The notes under the pieces: model-generated
Seen by the model: only the letters and a program-made list of their open reading frames with translations
Databases searched by the model: none
Told to the model about the DNA's origin: nothing
Source of the DNA: Nitrosopumilus sp.
GTDB lineage: Archaea > Thermoproteota > Nitrososphaeria > Nitrososphaerales > Nitrosopumilaceae
Assembly (NCBI GenBank): GCA_965197525.1
Contig: OZ240211.1
Coordinates: forward strand, 768,001-832,000
Direction of reading: 5' to 3'
DNA length: 64,000 bases
Made by a program: the position numbers and the translations under genes
Shown: positions 1-10,292 of the stretch, piece after piece
Layout of the letters: every line of letters begins with the position of its first letter
How positions within the stretch are numbered: position 1 is the stretch's first letter

Positions 1-3000
1 AAGTTTTTGTTTTGTGCAAGATCATCTACAGAGTCAGCAGGAATGGAGACTGTAAGATCGCCTGTAGTCAGTCCTGTTATGTCAAATGTGAATGTTTGGT
101 TGAAATTCGAGGTTGGTTCAGAGACAATGCCTTGAGATACAACTACATCTGATGCAGTAAATGTGGTAGCGTTAATTTTCACACCAAAGTTAACTGTGAA
201 TGTTATGGAACGTTGGTTTGTAAGTAATGGGGTGTCAGTGCGGATTAATGGGGGAACTTGTGTAACCTCTACTGTGAAATATTCGTCGGTACCAGGTGCA
301 GTATCTGTCAAGTCGTTGCCTGCAGTATCGGTTATGTTGTTGTCTTGCGCAACATCCAAGTTTATGATACCGACAGTGGTAACTTTAACTGAAACTATAT
401 AAGATGATGCACTGACAGTGGAGAGGGTTATGGTGCCTGTACCTGCGCCTACGTCAGTGGATAATACAAAGTCAGTTGAATCCACATTGGTTACGTCTTC
501 GTTAAAGTTAACTGCAAAGTCAAGTGATGTGTCGGAGGTGTGTTCTGATGCAGGTGAGTCTCTGGTTATAGATGAGAGTGATGGAGATGTGGTATCAATG
601 ATGATTGTGAGTGTTTCAGATGCCAAGTTCTTGTTTTGTGCAAGATCATCTACAGAGTCAGCAGGAATGGAGACGGTAAGGGTGCCGGCAGTCAGTCCTG
701 TTATGTCAAATGTGAATGTTTGGTCGTCATCTGTGGTTGGTGTAGAGACAGTGCCGCTTGATGCAGATATGTCAGATGCTATGAATGTATCAGGGTCAAT
801 TGGTTTACCAAAGTCAACTGTGAATGTTATTGATTGCTGGTTTGTAGGTGATTGGATGTCAGTACTGATTGATGGTGTAAACCGTGTATTGTCAACTGTG
901 AATGATTCATTTGGGTTAGGGGGAGGATGAGTTTTCAAGGCGTTGCCTGCAAGATCGGTTATGTTGTTGGCGAAGGGTTTAACATACAAGCTGATGGTAC
1001 CTGCAGTGGCATCTGTAACTGTTACCACGTAAGATGATGCGTTAATAGGAGTAACAGTAGAGATACTAGCAGTATTACCGCTATTTGAATCCAAGTCAAA
1101 GTCAGATGCATCCACATTTTTCACATCTTCACTGAAATTAACTGCAAAAGCAATACTAGTCTCAGATGTAGTCTCTGTTGTAGGTGAATGTCTAGATATG
1201 GATGTTATACTTGGGTGTGTTGTATCTAGTGTGATTTTGACTGTGTTGGAGACCAGATTTGGGTTGCCTTCAGGATCAGTTACAGCAGATGCAGGAATGT
1301 GTAGTGTATGAGTGCCTTGATTAATAATGTAGACAGTGAATGTATATATCTGATTGTCAGTTGAGGTCAGGCTAACTGGAAAAGTAGCACTAGATATAAT
1401 TATATCAGACGTAGTGAACGAGTTAGGGTTAATTGGTTTTCCAAAATCTATTTTAACGTTCAGGTAGTTATTACTGGTGAGATAGGCATCAAGAGTAATC
1501 GTTGGTACAAATAGAGGTAATTCCAATGTGTAGGATTCGTTTTCAGAGGGAGCACTGTTTGATAACGCATTGCCTGCAGTATCCGTGATGTCGTAATTTG
1601 CATTCAGAGCTAATCCAAGAGTACCATCAGACGTACCTCGTACAGTGACAGTATAACTTGAACCAGTGCCCAAAACATTAGATATGGTACCTGTACCGTT
1701 ACCTGATACTATAAAATCAGATGAATCAACACCAGATACGTTTTCACTAAAAGCGACTGTAAAGTCAAGAGTGCTACTAGATGTGGATTCTGATGCAGAT
1801 GAACTTCTAGTTATGGATGTAATTGATGGTGCCGTATTATCTATTGTAATTGTTACAGTATTTGAGACCAGATTTTTATTCCCATTAGGATCCTCTACGG
1901 CATCTGCAGGAATCGATACTGTTAGTACACCGTCATCATTTAATCCAGTTACACTAAATGTAAATATCTTGTTGTTAGTGGTGGCAGGTGTAGAAACAGT
2001 ACCGTAAGATGCAACTACATCAGATGCTATGAATGTCGTAGCATTTATCTGTTTTTGAAAATCTACCTGAAATGATACAGTCTGCTGATTGGTTGGAGAT
2101 GTGGTGATGCCAGTAATTTCTGGTGTAAACTCGGTCCTCACCACCGTATACGAATCATCTGATACCGGGGCAGGAGTACTTGCAAGTGCATTATCAACAG
2201 AATCTACTATGTTGTTGTCAGATATGATATCCAAGTTGAAGGTACCGTCAGACAAAGCATCTACTGTAACAAAGTAAGAGTCTCCAGAACCAGTAACACG
2301 AGTTATTGTGCCAGTACCAGTACTCTCAGAAGACAATACAAAGTCATCAGAATCCACCACACCGTAAACATCCTCGCTAAAGGTAACTGCAAATTCAAGG
2401 ATGGATTCTGATGTAGATTCTGATGTAGGTGTGCTCCTAGATATAGATGCCAGGTACGGTGCTGTGCCATCAACTTTAATGCTTACTGTGTTGGAGATCA
2501 GATTCTTGTGCTCATCAGGATCATCTACAGCATCTGCTGGAATGGAGACTGTCAGGGTACCATCAGCGATTTCACTGATAGTGAAATCAAATATTTGGTT
2601 ACTATTGCTATCTGTAGCACTAGGACTAGAGACATTGCCACTGGATACAGATATGTCAGTATCGGTAAATGTGTCAGGGTCAATGGATCTTCCAAAATCT
2701 ACGGTAAACGATATAACCCGCTGATTGGTAGGCGATGTGGTAGTGGTAGTAATGACTGGCGTATACGGTAATTGTGAAGCATAAGCAATCTGGACTATTG
2801 AGATGCTACTGCTAGAATATCCTGATGAAGCAACGATTGCATACGTGCCAGATTCCGTTGTGAATGTTTTAACAGCACTATGAGCTGCAAATACATCAGA
2901 GTCATCAGCAGTTAGATTACCTAATGCTATAGGGGTAGATGGATTGTTTATATTTATCAGTTGTATTCCGTGTTCATAGGGAGAGGTAACTAACGCATAG

Positions 3001-4103
3001 GTAACAGAATCCATCACAAAAGTATCCACAGCAAACGACCCATCTAATACAGTGGCACTATCATCATACAAACTGCCAACAGAACTTAGCATAGAAGGAT
3101 CGGTCACGTTTAGCAGATGTATACCGTTACTATATGTCAAGGCGACTATCGCATAAGAGGTGGAGTTTATAGTAAAAACATCTGCATCTGATGGGCCAGA
3201 GAAATGATCAATATTATCGGAAGATAGATTACTAGAAAGAGTTGGTACAGAGGGATTGCTCATATTTATCAGTTGCACACCATTATCCCATTGAGCACTA
3301 ACTAATGCATAATTGTCATTATCTATATTAAATGTGGCCACATCTGTTGCGTGGTACAAGAAAGCATCAGAGTCAGTAATGCTACTGATGAGATTAGGTT
3401 CAGAAGGGGTATTTAAATTTATCAACTGGACGTCATTGCCAGAGGAAGTAGTTACTATTGCATATGTATCAGAATTTACCGTAAAGACATCCACGCCTCG
3501 TGCATCACCAATATAGATATCATCATCATTATCAGTCAGATTACCAACAATGAGAGGTGCAGACGGAGTGCTCAAATCCATCACATAAACCTCACCAGGA
3601 TACTCTACTGTAACTATTGCATATGGGGTGGAATCTATTTCAAAGGTATCTACACCATATGCATCATATAACGATATAGAATCATTACCAACCAAACTAC
3701 CAGCAATGTGAGGTGCAGATAGATCACTTAGATCTATTGTTAAAACTGCGTTACCGTTTTTTGTAGTGGTTATTGCATAGAGGGTTGAATCTACCGTAAA
3801 AGTAGCCACATTAGTAGGATAATCAAGTAATATAGTATTATCGTCAATCAGACTGCCAATTTGTACAAGTGCAACCTCATCATCATCAGATTCTGCATAT
3901 ACATCATCAACTACATCGATAAATGGGACGTACATATCAACACCGACTATTTGAAATTGAATTGCAAGACCAAGCACAAGACTGACTAGCACCACAAGTA
4001 ACACAAAAAACAATACAGTCGTTGATAATGCCCTTTTTGAAATCTTGGTATAGTGTAGATTCCTCGTTGTTATATCACTTACAACATGATTCAAGCGTAT
4101 CAC
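1..4103 (-). CDS. Giant secreted/surface protein, partial (runs off the window start): N-terminal signal/TM segment, LVIVD-like beta-propeller repeats, then tandem Ig-like modules
   Basis: Absent from the ORF track because it has no stop inside the window. My manual minus-strand translation found no stop from about 4103 to position 3 (>1360 aa). Hydrophobic N-terminus (STTVLFFVLLVVLVSLVLGLAI); repeats such as TYAIV...GVQLINMSNPSVP; recurring modules SITFTVDFGKPIDPDTF...LTVSIPADSVDD and LDFAVNFNEDVTNVDSTDF...ITDTAGNDL. Start codon uncertain (GTG 4103 or TTG 4094). Confidence 0.8.
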   Translation of the reverse strand, partial: MIRLNHVVSDITTRNLHYTKISKRALSTTVLFFVLLVVLVSLVLGLAIQFQIVGVDMYVPFIDVVDDVYAESDDDEVALVQIGSLIDDNTILLDYPTNVATFTVDSTLYAITTTKNGNAVLTIDLSDLSAPHIAGSLVGNDSISLYDAYGVDTFEIDSTPYAIVTVEYPGEVYVMDLSTPSAPLIVGNLTDNDDDIYIGDARGVDVFTVNSDTYAIVTTSSGNDVQLINLNTPSEPNLISSITDSDAFLYHATDVATFNIDNDNYALVSAQWDNGVQLINMSNPSVPTLSSNLSSDNIDHFSGPSDADVFTINSTSYAIVALTYSNGIHLLNVTDPSMLSSVGSLYDDSATVLDGSFAVDTFVMDSVTYALVTSPYEHGIQLININNPSTPIALGNLTADDSDVFAAHSAVKTFTTESGTYAIVASSGYSSSSISIVQIAYASQLPYTPVITTTTTSPTNQRVISFTVDFGRSIDPDTFTDTDISVSSGNVSSPSATDSNSNQIFDFTISEIADGTLTVSIPADAVDDPDEHKNLISNTVSIKVDGTAPYLASISRSTPTSESTSESILEFAVTFSEDVYGVVDSDDFVLSSESTGTGTITRVTGSGDSYFVTVDALSDGTFNLDIISDNNIVDSVDNALASTPAPVSDDSYTVVRTEFTPEITGITTSPTNQQTVSFQVDFQKQINATTFIASDVVASYGTVSTPATTNNKIFTFSVTGLNDDGVLTVSIPADAVEDPNGNKNLVSNTVTITIDNTAPSITSITRSSSASESTSSSTLDFTVAFSENVSGVDSSDFIVSGNGTGTISNVLGTGSSYTVTVRGTSDGTLGLALNANYDITDTAGNALSNSAPSENESYTLELPLFVPTITLDAYLTSNNYLNVKIDFGKPINPNSFTTSDIIISSATFPVSLTSTDNQIYTFTVYIINQGTHTLHIPASAVTDPEGNPNLVSNTVKITLDTTHPSITSISRHSPTTETTSETSIAFAVNFSEDVKNVDASDFDLDSNSGNTASISTVTPINASSYVVTVTDATAGTISLYVKPFANNITDLAGNALKTHPPPNPNESFTVDNTRFTPSISTDIQSPTNQQSITFTVDFGKPIDPDTFIASDISASSGTVSTPTTDDDQTFTFDITGLTAGTLTVSIPADSVDDLAQNKNLASETLTIIIDTTSPSLSSITRDSPASEHTSDTSLDFAVNFNEDVTNVDSTDFVLSTDVGAGTGTITLSTVSASSYIVSVKVTTVGIINLDVAQDNNITDTAGNDLTDTAPGTDEYFTVEVTQVPPLIRTDTPLLTNQRSITFTVNFGVKINATTFTASDVVVSQGIVSEPTSNFNQTFTFDITGLTTGDLTVSIPADSVDDLAQNKN

Positions 4104-4134
4104 AATCGACACAAATTTGCATGCATATAAATGA

Positions 4135-4750
4135 TTAAAATAATCTAATCCTCCCTACTCCCCCCCCCCCCCCGACACCTGCCAGGATCTGTTTTATTCC
4201 AAGATTTGCCCGCCTTTTCTCAAATACTGATGCCTCCTCTCTTTGTCTCTGAGGCATTGGCGTAGAACTGGACGCCCATACCGGGCATCCCACCCATACC
4301 GGGCATGTCTCTCTCTTTGCCTCTGAGGCATTGACGTAGAACTGGGATCCGCAGTAAGTCATCAAGGATACAGGCTTGCCGTGGTTTTTTATGGCCTCCT
4401 CAAGTACGGTCAGCGCATTTTCGGTAGTGGTATGCTCAAACATGCCGTACCCTGTGACAAAACGTGATGCATCATCCTCGCAGCACAGGAACAGCCTGCA
4501 GTCATCGAGCAGCTTGTAGTCTGCGTGCCATATAGAGTTTGAATAGGGCGCTAAGAGCGCATCCATGCCCCTCTTGCTCTTCTTTGGAGGCCCTGATAAA
4601 GTTCTCGTCTCTTAATATCTGATGTATCTTGTTGTAGATGATATTTATTCAGGTATTGTCCCTGATGATTTCGTGCAGTGTACAACATCGAGGTGGTCCT
4701 TCATCCTAGCAGTCAGCACTGCAGAATACTCCCAGCGCCCCAGAATGCCG
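4135..4750 (-). pseudogene. Degraded IS481-like DDE (rve integrase core) transposase
   Basis: IWHADYKLL...EDDASRFVTGYG...TTENALTVLEEAIKNHGKP-SLMT-CGSQFY resembles the archaeal rve core. Upstream part is frameshifted; there is an internal duplication of cccataccgggcat and a poly-C tract at about 4160-4173. Confidence 0.7.
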
Positions 4751-4944
4751 TCCTATGGCTTTCCTAAGATAGGGCATTAAGAAGGTAATAGATTCTCCAA
4801 AAGTCCGCACACGAGGTATTCTTAGATATTTACATATCAGCCAAGAACGCAGCCCCCACAGTGCACTGATTGGCAGGTGGAAATCTCAGGTCAGCCTCTT
4901 CTCAGATAGTGTATTTATTAGGTAGAAAGAATTTGCAGAGTATC

Positions 4945-5958
4945 TTGAAGATAGCGGTAATGGGAATGGGTGTTGCAGGTTCTTATCTGATGGCAAGGCT
5001 AAAAGATTCAGAACATACGGTCGTCGGATATGAGAGAATGGTAGAGGAGAAACACGACTCAATTTGTGCGTGGGGAACGATAAAGTCAGAGTTGACAGAG
5101 TTCTGTAAAAAGACAGAGAGAGATTTTAATGACTTTTTGATTCATGACGGCAAGAACATGCATGTCAAGATGAACAACGACATCAAATTTGATATTAAAC
5201 TAAAGGGATTATGCACGTATGACAAGTTGGGATTAATCAAGGATTTTATCAAGGATTGTAATGTAATGTATGGCAAAGCCCCAAAGCTAGAAGAACTAGA
5301 AAAAGAGTACGACATGATAGTTGATTGTACCGGATTTCACAGAATGTATCTTCCAAAGCTAAAAGAGGATTTCTTTTTACCAACATACGAATACAAAGTA
5401 GAGTATGAAAAAAAAGTTCCTTTCAATGACTTTTACATAGAACCATTTCCAGGAATGTCGGGATACTTTTGGTATTTTCCACTGGGTGAAAAATGGGCAC
5501 ATGTTGGTGCAGGAGATTACAATAAAAATCACATAAAGGCAACTGATGGATTCCTAGAGAAATACGGGGGAAAGGTAGTTGCGACCAAAGGACGACCCAT
5601 ACGACTTGCAACGCCGGATAGATGTAAACCGTACTATTCAGGCAAAGTAGTAGGTGTAGGTGAATCAATAGGCACAGTATACGCGTTGTTAGGAGAGGGA
5701 ATCATCCCATCCATGCAGTGCGTTGAGATATTTTTAGAAAACATGCATGACTTTAAAGCGTATGAAAAGGCAATAGAGAACCATTACAGAGTATATGCAA
5801 AAGTATTCAAATTTGTAAGAGCTAAAATTCACAAAGACTTTAATTTTGTTAAAGCGCTACCTGATTTTTTGTCAATATTTAGATATATGAAGAAGAATGA
5901 GGACAGGTTTGGAATGGATATAAAGATAGCAGATTTGATAAAGGTTGCAAAAGCCTGA
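4945..5958 (+). CDS. FAD-dependent oxidoreductase, geranylgeranyl reductase family
   Basis: N-terminal KIAVMGMGVAGS (GxGxxG), PGMSGYFWYFP (PxxYxWxFP GGR motif) and VGVGESIG. Likely TTG start at 4945. Confidence 0.8.
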   Translation: MKIAVMGMGVAGSYLMARLKDSEHTVVGYERMVEEKHDSICAWGTIKSELTEFCKKTERDFNDFLIHDGKNMHVKMNNDIKFDIKLKGLCTYDKLGLIKDFIKDCNVMYGKAPKLEELEKEYDMIVDCTGFHRMYLPKLKEDFFLPTYEYKVEYEKKVPFNDFYIEPFPGMSGYFWYFPLGEKWAHVGAGDYNKNHIKATDGFLEKYGGKVVATKGRPIRLATPDRCKPYYSGKVVGVGESIGTVYALLGEGIIPSMQCVEIFLENMHDFKAYEKAIENHYRVYAKVFKFVRAKIHKDFNFVKALPDFLSIFRYMKKNEDRFGMDIKIADLIKVAKA

Positions 5959-6006
5959 CTTGTATCCAAGATATATGCAATCAATTATAGACTAACCCCA
6001 GTGAGA

Positions 6007-6714
6007 TTATTTGGAAAGACTGATTGATCCGAATCCTTCTCGATTGGTTCTGCCGGATGCCATGGTATAGTCATAGATTGTCTTAGAATAAGATTGAAAT
6101 TCATCCTTCATAGAGTCAAGACTGTCTGCAAGATAGAACCCGGGACAGTCACCTGTGAATTGGTAGGTGGCATGTACACGTGCTCTGCCTTTTTCATTTT
6201 CAAGCCAGCTTGAAAACGGGTACATGTAACACACACCCGGTCTTGCAGGATGCATGCTACAGCCTCCATTATCGTCAAGAAACCTACATGATATATGAGT
6301 ACCATCATCAGCAGGTGTCTCATCGTCTCTTCGCTTTAGATTAATTGTAGTCAGGGTAGTGCTCTGGCCTGCAGGACCACTGTCTTGATAAGTTACAGTT
6401 AACGTCTCTTTTCTTATAAAATCCGAGGGTTTGCGATACTTCAAGCCTTGTCCGATAGTTATCAGATCATCTGAAGTTAATGGAAGCCTGCCCTGTCTAT
6501 CACAGCAGTTATGACAGTCAGGCCAAAAGCATCTCCACAGAATGTATTTTTTTATGGAGCGGAGATACGGCACATGAAAGATAACACCATCGACTCTGAG
6601 GGCATAATCAGATACGTCAGTAATCCCACCTAACATAAATTCGCGTAATACAGGATCCACATCCCAATCCTTCTCCAACAGATTCAGGGATTCTTCAATC
6701 TCTTTTTGGGACAA
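6007..6714 (-). CDS. YkgJ-family cysteine-cluster (Zn/Fe-chelating) protein
   Basis: CFWPDCHNCC and CRFL...CSMHPARPGVCYMYPF motifs. Confidence 0.8.
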   Translation of the reverse strand: MSQKEIEESLNLLEKDWDVDPVLREFMLGGITDVSDYALRVDGVIFHVPYLRSIKKYILWRCFWPDCHNCCDRQGRLPLTSDDLITIGQGLKYRKPSDFIRKETLTVTYQDSGPAGQSTTLTTINLKRRDDETPADDGTHISCRFLDDNGGCSMHPARPGVCYMYPFSSWLENEKGRARVHATYQFTGDCPGFYLADSLDSMKDEFQSYSKTIYDYTMASGRTNREGFGSISLSK

Positions 6715-6737
6715 CTAAGTTATAAGATCATTGTAAG

Positions 6738-7070
6738 ATGTTATTAGTGTTGGGCGGGAAAGGAAAGCATGCATCAGCTACAGAAAATAGGAGATTTGTG
6801 TGGCGTGAGATTATTTGGCCGTTAGTACTAGAGGTTAATGACGTTGAATTTTCATTAAAACAATTTCAAAATAAACGCCAACAGATATGCGAAGAGAAGA
6901 ATTTGACAATCACAATACCATCAAGAGGACTAGCGTCGCTAATCCATAAAGGAATCATCAGAAAAGAGAATAATGGTTATTATTCCATACATTACAGACT
7001 GATTCCGTATATGAGGTTAAAAGCAGAATGCGGCTATGGGACTGCCATTCATGAAGTCAAAATCAAATAA
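6738..7070 (+). CDS. Hypothetical protein (possible winged helix)
   Basis: 110-aa ORF filling the gap, with normal composition. Confidence 0.6.
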   Translation: MLLVLGGKGKHASATENRRFVWREIIWPLVLEVNDVEFSLKQFQNKRQQICEEKNLTITIPSRGLASLIHKGIIRKENNGYYSIHYRLIPYMRLKAECGYGTAIHEVKIK

Positions 7071-7124
7071 GAGCAACGACGACAGCAAATGATTATATGC
7101 TAAAACATTCGAATTGCATATGGT

Positions 7125-7229
7125 AGCCCGATAGTCTAGCGGTCAAATAATATTTTAGATCAAGGATTCTGCCCTCTGGATCTCAAGAGTGGATAGGCAG
7201 AGACGGCAGTTCGAATCTGCCTCGGGCTA
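7125..7229 (+). tRNA. tRNA-Gln(CTG) with two introns (D-loop 7147-7163; canonical 37/38 7180-7194)
   Basis: Acceptor AGCCCGA/TCGGGCT, T-arm GGCAG-TTCGAAT-CTGCC, anticodon stem CTGCC/GGCAG with loop CT-CTG-GA after intron removal. The D-loop intron forms a clean BHB (GGTC/GATC helix, AAA and AAG bulges). Confidence 0.9.
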
Positions 7230-7366
7230 CTAGAAAATATTGTAGTTCTTCACGTCTTTTTTTGATTTAGGTCTACAAACAATCGTGGTGAAAAATGAAT
7301 AAGTATGAGACAGATAACCTGAGTAGTTAAAAAGTATATCAATGACGCCTGTCTAAAAACAACATA

Positions 7367-8096
7367 TTGTATTTAATGTATGTTGATGAATCAGGTGTTG
7401 CAGAATTGACTGATCAGACAAATTTTTTGTAGTCGCTGGTGTTATCATACATGAAGATAGCTTGCAAAATATACAAAATGCTGTAGAGAAACTAAAGAAT
7501 AAAATTTTTCGTAATCAATTACAGGGATCGGAGATACACATTCATGATATTTACAAAGCGAAAAAAGATTTTTACGGAATTTCATATAATGAACGGGATT
7601 ACATTTTAAACGAAATATACAATTCTTTTAACGAGATGGAATTTGATACCATCACTATTGCAATAGACAAATGCAAGCTACGAAACTCAAAATTCAAAAA
7701 TTGGAATATACTTAGAACAGCATATACGTTTCTTGTAGAACGGTTTGATCTCTTTTTAACGAGAAAAGAAAACAAAGGAATGTTACGAATAGATTTAACA
7801 TCAAATAAACCCGGATCTTTAAATGCAAAGGACTGTGAAATCTTAGAACACATAAACACAATTAGGAAGAAGGGTACGTCTTGGCAGGTAATAAAAACAT
7901 TGTCGAAGAGCCAGTTTTTTATGATTCTTCTACACAGTTTGGCTTGCAGATTGCGGATGCTGTCTGCTATTGCACGTATAAACATTTGACTACAACTCGT
8001 GACTTTGGTGAGTACTGGAACTTGGTTTCAGAGAAGGCACAAAGAAACACACGTGGAGATATTCATGGTTATGACCTTACTGTATTTCCAAAATAG
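7367..8096 (+). pseudogene. DUF3800-domain protein with two frameshifts
   Basis: N-terminal MYVDESG and C-terminal GLQIADAVCY motifs lie in three successive frames; -1 shifts at the T6 run (~7424-7429) and the A5 run (~7893-7897). Confidence 0.75.
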
Positions 8097-8275
8097 GTGT
8101 ATGATCGCAATATCCGCCACCAATACACCATACAGATGCGCTCATCCGCACCTATACCTAGTATGACATTATATCATATAAATAATTATGGAGCCATTCG
8201 GGGATTTATGCCTCCAAACAGTATGGTAAAAAACGAGCGGGTAGGAGACAGATAAACTAGACAGTTACAAAATGT

Positions 8276-8875
8276 TTATCGCGATGCTTGAGCAATGCGT
8301 TCTAACTCGTGCTTCTTCTTCACAGAAGGCGCATTTGAGTCGTTGGCTGCTGCAAGGATCAACTGTTCTGCCATATGTTCTTCGATGGGTTTTGGGTTTG
8401 AGAATGTTGCCTCCTTGATTGCATCTGCAATAAACTTGAGTGCCAAATCGACACGTCTAATTGGTGCAACATCTACTGATACATGATAAACCGTTCCACC
8501 ATACACAATTCTTGTGGTGTCCTCATTTGGGGCAGAGAACTCTATTGCCCGCACTAGAACCTCAACAGGGTTCTGTCCCGTCTTCAAGGCAATAATGTCA
8601 AATGCGGTCTTTACAGTGTTCAATAACTTTGTCTTTTTACCAGTCATTCTACCGGTGTTTTTTGCATATTTTTTACCAAAGTGCATGGTCTTGTTGATTA
8701 ATCGTTCCACAATGTTGACGTCTGCTTTGTTGAATCTCTTCAGAGCTGAACGTCCATATGTGTAGGGCAGTATCTGCTTCTTTAATGATATTGCAGTTTT
8801 TAATCCAGGATCACGAACTTCAATTTTTGATAAATCCCATTTTCTAAATAATAACAAATTCTGTGTTTGAGCCAT
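8276..8875 (-). CDS. rps7: 30S ribosomal protein S7
   Basis: Archaeal uS7 sequence ending KKKHELERIAQASR. Confidence 0.98.
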   Translation of the reverse strand: MAQTQNLLLFRKWDLSKIEVRDPGLKTAISLKKQILPYTYGRSALKRFNKADVNIVERLINKTMHFGKKYAKNTGRMTGKKTKLLNTVKTAFDIIALKTGQNPVEVLVRAIEFSAPNEDTTRIVYGGTVYHVSVDVAPIRRVDLALKFIADAIKEATFSNPKPIEEHMAEQLILAAANDSNAPSVKKKHELERIAQASR

Positions 8876-8883
8876 GTGTATAT

Positions 8884-9321
8884 CTATCTCCTTGGTTTCT
8901 CCTTTTTGCCAATGACCAGTTCATGAAGTGACGTGCCATTAACCTTGAAGACTTTGAATCGAACCCCGGGAATATCACCCATTGCACCACCTTGTGTAGC
9001 ACCCATACCTTGAATGTGTACTTCGTCGTGTTCATCAATAAAGTTCATCGCACCATCTCTTGGCAGGAATGCTGTAACTGTCTTTCCATTTTTAATTAGT
9101 TGAACACGAATACATTTTCGGATAGCGGAGTTTGGCTGTTTTGCTGCAATACCAACTTTTTCTAAGACAATACCGCGAGCTTGTGGCGAGCCTCCCAGAG
9201 GATCGGATTTTTTATCAATACCTAGCTTTCTTCTCTTATAAGTAGAGATTGCCCATCTCTGCTTTTTCTTTTTATTGGTAAGTACTCTACCTGCAAATAG
9301 TCCAAGTGGCGATTTTCTCAT
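8884..9321 (-). CDS. rps12: 30S ribosomal protein S12
   Basis: [15 protein letters not shown] and [10 protein letters not shown] motifs. Confidence 0.98.
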   Translation of the reverse strand: MRKSPLGLFAGRVLTNKKKKQRWAISTYKRRKLGIDKKSDPLGGSPQARGIVLEKVGIAAKQPNSAIRKCIRVQLIKNGKTVTAFLPRDGAMNFIDEHDEVHIQGMGATQGGAMGDIPGVRFKVFKVNGTSLHELVIGKKEKPRR

Positions 9322-9324
9322 CTA

Positions 9325-9789
9325 TTACATCTCCATTGTTGCGCGTTCAGGGCTATTTATTAATACACTGCTAATATCAAAATATCGTTTGGCAAGCAGG
9401 CGTGCTTTCTCGGCATTTCTACCGTCTCTTCCAACAACAATTCCTTTCTTTCTTGGGTCTACCATAACAACTGCCTGCTTTGATCCATCAAGACGTGTAT
9501 TTATTTTTACTTCTGATACTAGTTTTGCATTAAGTAGTGTGGTCAGAAATTTGGCAGGATCTTCATAGAATTCTACTAGCTCTATGTTTCGTTTAACAAT
9601 ATTTTGTAAGGATTTTATATGAACACCACCTTTCCCAATAGCAAGACCCATCTTTCCATTATTTACAACAAAGATTACACGGTTCTGCTTCTCATCCTCT
9701 ACACAATCACGTGCAGTGGCGCCTGTAACATTTTGGAATAACGACATCATGCGCATCTGATCGGTTGTAAGTTTGATTGATTGCACCAT
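9325..9789 (-). CDS. nusA: Archaeal NusA (KH-domain) transcription factor
   Basis: Two KH GxxG motifs (AIGKGG, VVGRDG); conserved position between rpl30e and rps12. Confidence 0.95.
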   Translation of the reverse strand: MVQSIKLTTDQMRMMSLFQNVTGATARDCVEDEKQNRVIFVVNNGKMGLAIGKGGVHIKSLQNIVKRNIELVEFYEDPAKFLTTLLNAKLVSEVKINTRLDGSKQAVVMVDPRKKGIVVGRDGRNAEKARLLAKRYFDISSVLINSPERATMEM

Positions 9790-9852
9790 TAGAAACCCTT
9801 TTTGCCCCAGAATAGAATTTTAGTATTCAGATTTTGGTTAGATATATTCCAA

Positions 9853-10176
9853 TCAAACATGTTTTATCCCGTCCTCTGCGTCTTTTAAAATTGATTTAAT
9901 GATTGCGTCGTCTAGCGATGTAAATGAAATTGTTGAAATTCTAAATTGTAAGCCGCATAACCTGCCTAATGCGACTGAGGTTCCTTGAAAGTTTACCAAC
10001 GGTACCTTTTCTTTCTTTGCTACAGATTCAATCTGTTCAACCATATCTCCTTTAATTGACTGAGACAGGACAACTAGTTTGGAACGTTGCATAGAGTTCA
10101 AAACTTGCTTTGTGCCCATTGTTAGTTTATTCTCCTTGCGGGCATCCCTTAATGATTTCTCAAGTAATTTACTCAT
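9853..10176 (-). CDS. rpl30e: 50S ribosomal protein L30e (L7Ae family)
   Basis: GTKQVL...GTSVALGRLCG; synteny. Confidence 0.9.
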   Translation of the reverse strand: MSKLLEKSLRDARKENKLTMGTKQVLNSMQRSKLVVLSQSIKGDMVEQIESVAKKEKVPLVNFQGTSVALGRLCGLQFRISTISFTSLDDAIIKSILKDAEDGIKHV

Positions 10177-10292
10177 GTGTTTACCTTATCACATTGTCTT
10201 GACGGGGTTTTATAGGTTTATGTAAAAAATTGATTTTAGACACATACAAATAGTACAAAAACGGGCGCTGTCAAGTTATAGAGACCTTATTT

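Noticed and set aside
163-3516. Plus-strand ORFs in the first 3.5 kb
   Set aside because: Antisense shadows of the large minus-strand repeat protein.
4160-4173. Poly-C tract
   Set aside because: It lies in a dead transposase remnant, so there is no functional gene to phase-vary; may be an assembly artefact.
4135-4750. rve transposase remnant as the mobiliser of the TIR elements
   Set aside because: It is IS481-like, degraded, and not bounded by GGTTCTGT ends.
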